DNA of 63,222 bases, counting the filler, from Stramenopiles sp. TOSAG23-6 (taxonomy: Eukaryota): assembly GCA_900128565.1 (NCBI GenBank). It is 2 parts of 2 records of this genome, joined end to end, with 100 filler letters (N's around TTAATTAATTAA, not from the genome) between each part and the next. Parts side by side here need not be neighbours in the genome. Positions count along the whole stretch, not along the records: positions 31,841 to 63,222 come from LT635961.1; 1 more part is not named here. One strand, given 5' to 3'. The notes below the pieces were generated by a model. That model had not been told where the DNA came from. It searched no databases and worked only from the letters and a program-made list of their open reading frames with translations. Shown here piece after piece: positions 33,537-42,672 of this stretch; within the stretch, counting starts at the first letter, position 1; every line of letters starts with the position of its first letter. Position numbers and translations under genes: made by a program.

Positions 33537-36500
33537 ATGGAGTGCTTGAAAAAATGTAGTACCTCTAAAAAAGGCACGCACAATGGAACTCAGAAAAACA
33601 CTAAACATTTCTTTGGTGAACCAGTGATAAATAAAAAATCTCCTGATAAAGCCGAACCTTCCACGAAAAAGTATTTAAATGAGCTCAGTGGCGAAGATAG
33701 CAGTGAAGATGAAGGTTGGCTCGGAAGTTCCATTATTGACGCACATCGTGATGCAGTAAAAAAGGCAGATGATAGATATAATGAAGCAATGAAAGATGAA
33801 AGAGAAAAATATAATAAATACTCTCTTATAGACTGCAACATAATCACATCTATGCTTATAATTACAGGAGGGAAAAAACCTGGGGATTTTAAAGCTGAAG
33901 AAAGAGAGAGTATTTGTGCTTGTTTGTTGTCGGATGCCGGGGCAGGACGGTCAATGCATAAAGTTGATCTGCGTAGCCTACGAATTTGGAAATTTCTACA
34001 TTCTAAAAATTGGAGAATTCTGATGTATGTAATTATTTTCTGTCAATTTTATTTGACGATTTTTGAACATCAGACATGGAAAGCAGATAATTTTGTCGAT
34101 GCTATAGCTGAACATAAAAGACAACCTTGGTGTGATGCTTCAAAAATCATAGCTGATAACTTTGTATTAGATACGAGATACTCGTTGAAACCTACGACGT
34201 CTTTGGCTATCGAGTTAACACTATTAATTCCACATGTGATTGATTGCTTTTGTTGGTTTAAAGTGTCACTGTCGCTGCATAGAGATATATGGGTGAAAAT
34301 GAAACTAATGATTACATTTGTAACATTATTCGACATTTTTTTGCATTTGGGGCTAGGTGTTTATTTTTCAACAGTCGAAGGATCAAATTTGGAAACTTCA
34401 ATATCTTCATATTTTCGTATTTCGCGTATATTTAGACCGTTTTTCTTAATATTTCAGATGAAGTCTCTGCGAAATTCGACACTTAAAATAATCGCATCTG
34501 TGAAGGGGATATTTTCTCTGATTGTAGTAGCAATGGTCCTCACTTCTTGTGTAGCTGCAGCTAGTATTGATATATGGCCACCGGCTGTGACAAGCACAGG
34601 TGAAATGTATTTTTCTTCTGTTTTTAAATCCATTGGTTCGTTGTCCGAACTTATGTTTGGTCCAAACGGTTATCCAGATATTGAACTGCCTTCATATACA
34701 AGTGATACCCGTGGAAGTCCAATATTCTTTGGAATCTTCCTCGTTGTCTGTAATATATTTGTGCTACAGCAAACACTAGCCATTGTTTTTTGTGCTTACA
34801 CAGAGTGCAATAAAGCTATTATTTTACATGACAAAGACCGAAAACGAACAGCTGTACTAATTGGGTTTATGATGCTAGATATGGACAACGATGGCAGGGT
34901 CTACAAAGATTCTTATTTAAGTGCTGTAAAAAAATCACGAGAACTTTTAAGGTTGGATAAACATTTAAGCCAAAGCATCGTAGACGAACAAATGATGGAA
35001 TTTTGGGAGACTACTATAGATGAAGAGAATAAGGGCTACATTTCCGATAAAAAATTTCTTTCTCATACAACTGCATTTGTAGGAAAACAATATATGAATC
35101 GAAGAGACAAGGCCTGGTTACTCGCAGGTGATGTTCCTGAGTTCAAAGCTGGTTGGTTGAATGGCGGAAAATTTCAAAAACAACTTCGACCAATACTTTT
35201 AAGTTCCTTATTTTGTTGGTTAATCGATATCATTGTTTTATACTCAATTATTCATGTATTTGTTGTTGCAGCTATGATCATAAATCCTAATAATGACGAC
35301 ATAAACGGGAATACTATGAATGAGCTTTGGATAGAAGCTGCTATGACTTTTTGTTTTACAACTGAAATGGTGGTGACTATTCTTGGTATAGGCATCCATG
35401 GTTATCTCAGAACTCCAGAGTTATTTATTCATTTTATACTTGCCGTGATTCAAATTGTCACATTTTGGTTTATTGCATATCTTGAAATGAACGAGGGTAT
35501 TCTCATAAATCATTTCAATCCAGTGGATATGACATTTAATCGAATGAACAGGTTTTCGCCTTACAGTAAATTGAATTCTGAAAATGGGGCATATTTTTCA
35601 CCGACTTCGATCGTTATGCTTTTAGAGGCTTTGCGGATTACAAGATGTGTACGACTCCTACGGATCACTCGTCATTACGCGGATAGCCATGGCAAATCAT
35701 CATTTATAAAACTTGTCATTAAGACAACTACGAATATCCTTCATAAACTAACTAACATTGCTCTTTATTTTTTCTGTGTTATGTTTATATTCGCTGTTAT
35801 TGGGACACAGTGTTTTGGCGGTAGATTTACAATATATAATTCTTTAGAACTCCAAGATACAGATTATTGGCAACAAGGTTACGACGTGTACGTTTGGGCA
35901 CAACCGAAACCTAAATTAGTTCATGGCGTTATTCAATATGAATGGCCAAAAACATCGACTGAAAGTATCAAATGGCCACATGATGAAAGAAGATGGATCA
36001 AAATTACTGAACCTCCGACAGGGACATTAAGTAGATTGGGAAAACCTTTTTCTGAATGCGATAGAGGGCAAGATTTGCACAGTGTTCAAAATGAAGTTAA
36101 TGACATGAAAATGGGAAATTGTTACATGCATGAGAGAGTATTGTCTTGGTTATACGGAATGAATTTCAATACTGTTCACAAAAGTGTGAAACTCTTGATT
36201 AAAATTATTCTAGTCAACGACTATACTTTTGTATATGATGCATTGATTGCTACTTCTCACGACAATTCTACGAAATGGATGATACTATTTTACATCCTTA
36301 CTGTTCAAGTAGTCTGCACACTTGTACTACTAAACATTTTAATATCAATTTTTTTGGACAACTACACTCAAAAACTTGATGAAGCTTCGAACAATTTTAG
36401 ACAGGACAAAGAACGACTAAAGAAATTGTATCATATGTCAAATTCCACGGATAAACGGAGAAAGTTTAATGAATTGAGCTTCAGGAATTTAATTACTGAT

Positions 36501-37655
36501 CCCTTCACAATGGTTGTTGAAGATCAGCACAAAGATGCAGTTTCTTTAAAGCGCCTTCAAAATAATATTCAGATTATAATGAAAAAGCGACAAGGTATAA
36601 TAATGGATGTAGAAAGGCCAGATGAAACACACAGAAATGATAATAATCAAGTTAAAAGAAAAGAATTCATTTCACCGGCCGCGGAAAAAATTCTAAAAGA
36701 GTTAACGTATTTAGATTTTGATAATTATTCTGATCAAGATGATAAACGTGCTTCAAAACAAAAAACACCCGGTCCTCTGCCAATGGCATCAAAATACATA
36801 TTGCGAGGCATATTTTTACAACATGGTCAAAACATTTCTGTCAGTAGAATTTCAAGTATCATTCGTATCTCAAATGTACATATGAAGAAAAATGGTTCAT
36901 TTTCTGTAAAAGAATTCATTGATGCAATTCCTGCGACACTTGAGAAAATTTCTACTCTACACCATCATGATATTAGAGAGATGCGGAAGATTGAGTCTGT
37001 AGAAGAACAATTTACCGACACTGATACATGGATCCATGGGAATAGATGTCGTCTTTGTAATGTTCCGACTTCTAATTCATACAAGCAGATACTTTTGTCA
37101 ATCCTACCTGTAAAATATCAAAACAAAAGATTTAAATATGTGTGTTACGCATGTCTAACTTCAGTTTGCGGTAGTTGTTCAGCCCGTCGCTATATCCCTA
37201 ATTTGTGTATTCCATGCATACATGGTAGAAAAGAGCATGAACACGTATATTGTGCATTCGAATCCCAAAGAATATGTTCATTGTGCTATAACTCGTACAA
37301 GAAAAATTTAGCAAACATCGCAAAAGATGAAATTGATTTTCAAAAAAAGAGAAAGAAATCCGCTATTAGAATCAATCCTGTAGGCCGCGATGATAGCGAG
37401 AATGAAAACTTGAAAGCAACTCCCATTGGTATTGCGTCAGCTAAAAATAATGAACTTAAACCCAGAATTAATACGACTAGTGAATCTAAAAATCTATTAA
37501 ATTTACATGAAGGAATTGCTCTGGATATTCCCGAAGAGAGTAATTGCGACGGAAACCAAAATTCCCGTTTAGAAGTAAATACTAAGGACGACGACTCACA
37601 AAACAAAGATCATCGAATGAATTATAAATTGGAGGCCAAATATGCCGATATATAA
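33537..37655 (+). CDS. Two-pore channel (TPC)-like cation channel with an EF-hand linker and a C-terminal FYVE-like zinc finger
   Basis: Two 6-TM blocks; S4 segments RISRIFRPFF and LRITRCVRLLR; pores YFSSVFKS..GYPDIELPSY and NFNTVHKS..LVND; EF-hand LDMDNDGRV. Confidence 0.82.
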   Translation: MECLKKCSTSKKGTHNGTQKNTKHFFGEPVINKKSPDKAEPSTKKYLNELSGEDSSEDEGWLGSSIIDAHRDAVKKADDRYNEAMKDEREKYNKYSLIDCNIITSMLIITGGKKPGDFKAEERESICACLLSDAGAGRSMHKVDLRSLRIWKFLHSKNWRILMYVIIFCQFYLTIFEHQTWKADNFVDAIAEHKRQPWCDASKIIADNFVLDTRYSLKPTTSLAIELTLLIPHVIDCFCWFKVSLSLHRDIWVKMKLMITFVTLFDIFLHLGLGVYFSTVEGSNLETSISSYFRISRIFRPFFLIFQMKSLRNSTLKIIASVKGIFSLIVVAMVLTSCVAAASIDIWPPAVTSTGEMYFSSVFKSIGSLSELMFGPNGYPDIELPSYTSDTRGSPIFFGIFLVVCNIFVLQQTLAIVFCAYTECNKAIILHDKDRKRTAVLIGFMMLDMDNDGRVYKDSYLSAVKKSRELLRLDKHLSQSIVDEQMMEFWETTIDEENKGYISDKKFLSHTTAFVGKQYMNRRDKAWLLAGDVPEFKAGWLNGGKFQKQLRPILLSSLFCWLIDIIVLYSIIHVFVVAAMIINPNNDDINGNTMNELWIEAAMTFCFTTEMVVTILGIGIHGYLRTPELFIHFILAVIQIVTFWFIAYLEMNEGILINHFNPVDMTFNRMNRFSPYSKLNSENGAYFSPTSIVMLLEALRITRCVRLLRITRHYADSHGKSSFIKLVIKTTTNILHKLTNIALYFFCVMFIFAVIGTQCFGGRFTIYNSLELQDTDYWQQGYDVYVWAQPKPKLVHGVIQYEWPKTSTESIKWPHDERRWIKITEPPTGTLSRLGKPFSECDRGQDLHSVQNEVNDMKMGNCYMHERVLSWLYGMNFNTVHKSVKLLIKIILVNDYTFVYDALIATSHDNSTKWMILFYILTVQVVCTLVLLNILISIFLDNYTQKLDEASNNFRQDKERLKKLYHMSNSTDKRRKFNELSFRNLITDPFTMVVEDQHKDAVSLKRLQNNIQIIMKKRQGIIMDVERPDETHRNDNNQVKRKEFISPAAEKILKELTYLDFDNYSDQDDKRASKQKTPGPLPMASKYILRGIFLQHGQNISVSRISSIIRISNVHMKKNGSFSVKEFIDAIPATLEKISTLHHHDIREMRKIESVEEQFTDTDTWIHGNRCRLCNVPTSNSYKQILLSILPVKYQNKRFKYVCYACLTSVCGSCSARRYIPNLCIPCIHGRKEHEHVYCAFESQRICSLCYNSYKKNLANIAKDEIDFQKKRKKSAIRINPVGRDDSENENLKATPIGIASAKNNELKPRINTTSESKNLLNLHEGIALDIPEESNCDGNQNSRLEVNTKDDDSQNKDHRMNYKLEAKYADI

Positions 37656-37699
37656 AATTGAAACATACTACATTTTATTTTCATAATTATGCAAGTTTC

Positions 37700-38122
37700 T
37701 TATATAAACATTGATACAAGCAAGTAACAAAAAATAACAGATGCTGTGTCGACGAAGTCACGAATACTTTTGTTACATGGTCTTATATTTAGTTGGTGGC
37801 GCATGCTGTATTTTTCACTTGACCATTCTTCCTCGTCATCTCTTTGAATATTATACATACTACGATTGTAACAGCGACAATCTTCTGTGTCATCCTCGAA
37901 TCTTAATCCTGTGTAATAGCAGTTATAAACGAACTGGGTGCCCGATGGAACGTTGGTTCTACAGTCAGCATTTACCTTGCATCGCTTCACCCCAGATTCT
38001 TCCAATAAAAGAGACCGATCATTGAAAATATTTGAAGCAGTGACATGAGGCATAGATTTAATTGCCAAACATGTGATAATAATAAGTAGTAACATGTGCC
38101 TTTGGTGTTTACTTAATGTCAT
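37700..38122 (-). CDS. Small secreted/membrane-anchored Cys-containing protein
   Basis: N-terminal signal-like segment, CKVNADC...CYY...CRC, hydrophobic C-terminus; no family recognised. Confidence 0.55.
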   Translation of the reverse strand: MTLSKHQRHMLLLIIITCLAIKSMPHVTASNIFNDRSLLLEESGVKRCKVNADCRTNVPSGTQFVYNCYYTGLRFEDDTEDCRCYNRSMYNIQRDDEEEWSSEKYSMRHQLNIRPCNKSIRDFVDTASVIFCYLLVSMFI

Positions 38123-38275
38123 TTATGTAGTATTACTGTGACAGGTGCAATTTAGTGTTACATGAATGCTGACGTAGTGCCTTCTCCTCAATACGGTTTC
38201 ATTTTTTCTTACGGAAAGTTCGTCCGTAGTACGTTCTCAAACTTGAACCCATATGTAGATATTAGGCAATAGTTG

Positions 38276-39553
38276 ATGTTTTTCTCACAGATTGGCGAAG
38301 ATGCAGACAAATTGCTGGAGTTATTTTATCCAACAACAAGCATTGGAGTTGCTTTGTACGATAGTACAGGACAATTTACAGTTACCGCTCAAAAGGCTTT
38401 ACAAAAAATTATTTTTCCTGAAAAATGGCGTGAACTCTCAGATGCCGATGGTAACAAATATTACGAAGATTGTGCAACAGGAATAACAACATGGACAAAG
38501 CCTTTATGTGATGAACATGACGAAAACATCTCCAACCCCGATACAATATGTCTTACATTCCAGCCTATAGACAGTTCTTTTGGTTTTTCTCTTTCAGGAG
38601 AATTTCCTACAAAACCTTTGAGTTTTTGTACTTGGGGAGAATATTGTGGTTTTCCTGGCACTTTTACGGGTAACCTTACATGGCAGCCAAAGAAAGCAAC
38701 TTGTCTGGAAATGTATTACGCTGGAATTCAAGTAGAAAGTCCTTTTGTAACATCTATTGTAGAAAGAATACAATATCTTGCGAATAAAGTAGCTGATAAT
38801 CAGTCTAGTCTTATGATATCTCCAGCCACAACACTTGTAGTAAATCAAAGAAATAATCCTTCCAATAATGTAGATATAAACATATGCCATGCATTAACTT
38901 TAACTATGTCTGATAATTGGATACGTGATGTTTCCTGTGGAGTATCCTTCAAAAACAAAGTGTATTTTTCTTCTATTGATGAGAATAGTTATGGTAGTAA
39001 TAGTGAGAATTTTTTTGTAACAAACTCGTCTTCCGAAATGAATCAATATCGACCATTCGCAGAGTGTTCCATGGGTACTCAACTAAGAACCAATTTAGAT
39101 ACAGTAGTTAGCATGAACGCAACATTAAATGTCAAGGATTCAGTAAATTCAAGTAATGATTTCGTAGTTGAGAAACTTAGTGTAAGAACTTCGGTATTCG
39201 CTTCACCTTGTAAGGGATTTGTCATAGCAGCTGCTTGGGATATTGATAAAAAATCATCTATAATAGCATCACTTCCTTTGTCAAATATTAGTATAGCTGC
39301 AAAATGTTCTATTGATGAAATTACTAATGCTTACTATAATAATGATGATAATACAAATAGTAGTAATAATACAAATAGTAGTGATAATACTTCGAACCCG
39401 GTTGTTTCACTTGTTGCAAATATCACAGGAGAAATTGGTATGCGCTTTTCTGGATCAATACCATCATTGCCTCTACATGCTGAAGTTGTTGTACGGTCGA
39501 ATATTTTACAATCTGGAAGTCCTAATTTCGGAGTGAGTCTCACGACTGGATGA
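38276..39553 (+). CDS. WW-domain protein, possibly a divergent VDAC/porin-like beta-barrel
   Basis: WW domain WRELSDADGNKYYEDCATGITTWTKP. The N-terminus FFSQIGEDADKLLELFYP and C-terminus NFGVSLTTG resemble VDAC ends. Confidence 0.6.
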   Translation: MFFSQIGEDADKLLELFYPTTSIGVALYDSTGQFTVTAQKALQKIIFPEKWRELSDADGNKYYEDCATGITTWTKPLCDEHDENISNPDTICLTFQPIDSSFGFSLSGEFPTKPLSFCTWGEYCGFPGTFTGNLTWQPKKATCLEMYYAGIQVESPFVTSIVERIQYLANKVADNQSSLMISPATTLVVNQRNNPSNNVDINICHALTLTMSDNWIRDVSCGVSFKNKVYFSSIDENSYGSNSENFFVTNSSSEMNQYRPFAECSMGTQLRTNLDTVVSMNATLNVKDSVNSSNDFVVEKLSVRTSVFASPCKGFVIAAAWDIDKKSSIIASLPLSNISIAAKCSIDEITNAYYNNDDNTNSSNNTNSSDNTSNPVVSLVANITGEIGMRFSGSIPSLPLHAEVVVRSNILQSGSPNFGVSLTTG

Positions 39554-39820
39554 ACTAAAATGAATATAGGACTAGTACCGGGTACTGTCGGCTGTGCTGT
39601 AAAATTCAATGTTTCAGATTTTCGAGATTTTCGAGATTATGACACGACACTGTGGCCAAACATTTGTGTCAAGAAAGACGCACTGATTATTGATTGATAA
39701 TTCAAAAGTTGTCACTCCATTGTGAAGAAAGCTAAATTACTCCCACTGCTTCAGAAAATATCCCTGCAAAGGAACTAGAGATTGTGAAAAAGGCCATCCC
39801 TTAACTCTCGATAATTGAAA

Positions 39821-41643
39821 ATGAGCATGTCTTCTCGCCAGCGCCACTCTAAGGTACGATATTGTTTTGCTGACACAAAGCATTCTGATGTGTATACTGG
39901 CCTTCCTGCAACTCGTGGGGTAGGTGATCATCAAATGATGAAAGCCAACTCTAAATTTTTTGCTTATGGATTTGATGCACCAGGTGGGCCCCTCCTGGTG
40001 TGGCCGCATGAAAAAAAAGGCAAATTTTCTCGTCAACAGATATTCCTTGGCCATGGTCATTCCGATTCAATTATGGATATCGACTTTTCTCCTTTCAATG
40101 ATAACTTATTGGCCACAGGTTCTAGAGATGGTACCATCAAACTCTGGCAACTTCCGGATAGTGGAACATCTGAAAAAAACATCAAACCCATAACTTCTCT
40201 TGATCAACATTCTAAACGTGTTTTATTTACTAAGTTTCACCCAACCGCCGAGAATGTTTTTGCAACAGCAGGTTCAACACCTTCAAATGAGTTGTTCATT
40301 TGGGACATTTCGCGTGGTGAGCCAACCCTAACATTTGACTTAGAGTTACACTCTTCACAAATAGAAGATTTGAAGTGGAACGAAAATGGGTCTTTACTTT
40401 GTACCTCTGATAAGTCTTGTATAGTACGCATGTTCGATCCCCGTGCCCTTGCTGTGGGTAGTGAACCAGTCGTTTCTTTCAAGCCACATCAAGGACATCG
40501 TCCTATCAAGGTCTCTTTCATTCCAAAATTTGATCGCTTCATAACTTGTGGGTTTACTAAGTCTAGTAAACGTGAGATGAAATTCTGGGATCCACGAAAT
40601 CTTGATAAACCTATTCAAAAAATTGCTATGGGACAGTCACCAGCTGTTTTGTATCCTTTCTTTGATCAAGGTACAAATATTCTGTACGTATGTGGTAAAG
40701 GTGAAAACGCCGTGCATCTCTATGAGGTAGTAAGTGGAACTGAAAATATTGTTCACTTGTCCAATGTGAATGGAATCGAATCATCGAAAGGATGGTGTAT
40801 ATATGTTTTCATCATGAATTTCAATTTTTGTTTTCGTACCAAATTTTGTACCTAACAAATTTCATTTTGTTTTTTTCACAATACATGATGCCGAAACGAT
40901 CTTGTGATGTCATGAAACATGAAGTAGCGAGATGTTTAAAACTAACACGTAATGGTGTTGAATCTATGCGCTTCAGAATTCCTCGTAAATCTCGTGATTT
41001 CCAGGAAGATCTCTTCCCTGATGCACCTTTCCCATTAAATCCTATGTCAGCTGATGATTATTTTTCTGGTAAAAATAAGGATCAAGAACTTAGTTCTTTA
41101 GATCCTAAACAGCGTACGGATGCATCAGGTGGATCAGTCTTTGTTGCAGCTAAAACATCTACAGAATTATCTGTCGAGTTGGCTGCTGCAAATGCAAAGA
41201 TAGTCAAATTGGAAAAAATGAAACTTGAACTTCTTGCTAAATTGAAAGCAAAAGGAATTACACCTTTAAAAATTACTCCTCCGCCAGCTCCTGTGATTAA
41301 AAAAACTGTTGTTGTTCCGCCAGCTCCTGTGTTTAAAAAAACTGTTGTTGAAAAAGTTGTCGCTCCAGTTGTTGTGAAGACAGCAGCAGCTACATCACCT
41401 CCAGTAGTTAAAAAGATTTCACCAGCAAAAGAAGTAAAACCTGTCAAAAAAATGCAGGTTGTCAAGAAGGCAGCATCGCCGAAGAAGGAAGTAAAACAAG
41501 AGAAAAAAATTAAAAAAAAGACTGTCATGAAAAAAGCAGACTATATGAAAGAAATATCGAATATGTGTAAAGATCTTGACCGAAGCGATGTTAAAAAAAT
41601 ACACGTCCTGGTGAAAGAGATCTGGGAAGCTGATGGTAACTAA
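39821..41643 (+). CDS. Coronin; exons 39821-40800 and 40887-41643
   Basis: SKVRYCF, GHSDSIMDIDFSPFNDNLLATGSRDG, LYPFFDQGTNILYVCGKGE; after splicing, KGWCMMPKR..HEVARCLKL..RIPRKSRDFQEDLFP; coiled-coil tail. Confidence 0.92.
40801..40886 (+). mobile_element. Introner-family intron, AT-AT (or AT-AC if shifted 2 nt), 86 nt
   Basis: TGT AT|ATATGTTTTCATC...TTTTGTACCTAAC...TTTTCACAATACAT|G ATG CCG AAA CGA. No AG occurs inside. Confidence 0.85.
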
Positions 41644-41776
41644 TTCCTCTTTGTGATCCAGTAATATGCTTTGTCTCTAATTTATGTAATGCTATTTAGT
41701 AGTACACGAAATATTCATAGCGACGTAACGGTATACATCTAAAAAACAGCTACAAAATAAAATCGTTTTTCTCAAT

Positions 41777-42418
41777 TTATTTAAGATCTGATACACTCAT
41801 ATGACTCGCTAGAATAATATCCATTCTCTCTGTGGCCACTTTGCTTATCATCGAGTTCAGAACAAGATTACTTTGTCGTAATTCAGTTTTGACTTTTTGA
41901 AGTTCCCTTAAATGCCTTGCTTCGATTTCTTCTAGTTTTTGAGTATATTTTCTTTTTTCGTCTACTCTCACTCTACTAATGTCATCTTTTAATTTTTTTA
42001 TGGTTGCATCTTTATCATCTATAATATCTCGCTTCAAAATAATGTCTGTTTTTGATTTGGAGTGAGATAATTCCGATTCATATATACGACACAACTCATC
42101 CAAATCAGACATTCTATTTGCCCGTGATTTTGCACTGGCTGCCTGTAATATACATAATTCTTTTTGTGCAACCTTTAACTGAGATTGCAACGAAAGCAAT
42201 TCTGTTTTCACTTTTTTTGTTTTAGTTGTGATTGTTGTACGATCGCTTACAAGAGTATCTATTTCATCCCGAGCAAATCTCTCCAAACACTCCGAACGTG
42301 AAAGTCTTTTATCTGAATTTAATTGACGTAAACTAGCCAGTCTAAGTTGTTCTTTTAGAATCTCAATCTGGATTTCGGGTGTAACCGCATCTGGGCATTC
42401 TTTGCATTCAGTCTGCAT
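41777..42418 (-). CDS. Coiled-coil protein of unknown function
   Basis: 213-aa ORF with heptad-like, E/K/L-rich sequence. Confidence 0.65.
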   Translation of the reverse strand: MQTECKECPDAVTPEIQIEILKEQLRLASLRQLNSDKRLSRSECLERFARDEIDTLVSDRTTITTKTKKVKTELLSLQSQLKVAQKELCILQAASAKSRANRMSDLDELCRIYESELSHSKSKTDIILKRDIIDDKDATIKKLKDDISRVRVDEKRKYTQKLEEIEARHLRELQKVKTELRQSNLVLNSMISKVATERMDIILASHMSVSDLK

Positions 42419-42672
42419 TATTAACTAACATGAAATTTCGAAAAATTCAGAGTTAGCATATATATTCTGCAAATAAAAATGGCTTTTATGGTCTTTCCCA
42501 CTTGTGCCAATAATGTATACGTTAAAAATTATGGATTAATTTTATTTCCTTCTTGCTTCGTTTCGGGGATCCATATCCCCGAAACGACCGTTATTAAAAA
42601 TTGTCGAGTCTTGAGTAGACGTAGTAGGTAGGACTGTCTTAAAATAATTAAACTTTAGATTACAATAGTAGT

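Noticed and set aside
3615-40886. Ciliate-style DNA-excised IES elements (dinucleotide repeats plus inverted ends)
   Set aside because: All eight are oriented with the gene and carry donor-like signals, and most have a branch-like signal, which favours RNA splicing. DNA excision is not formally excluded without read data.
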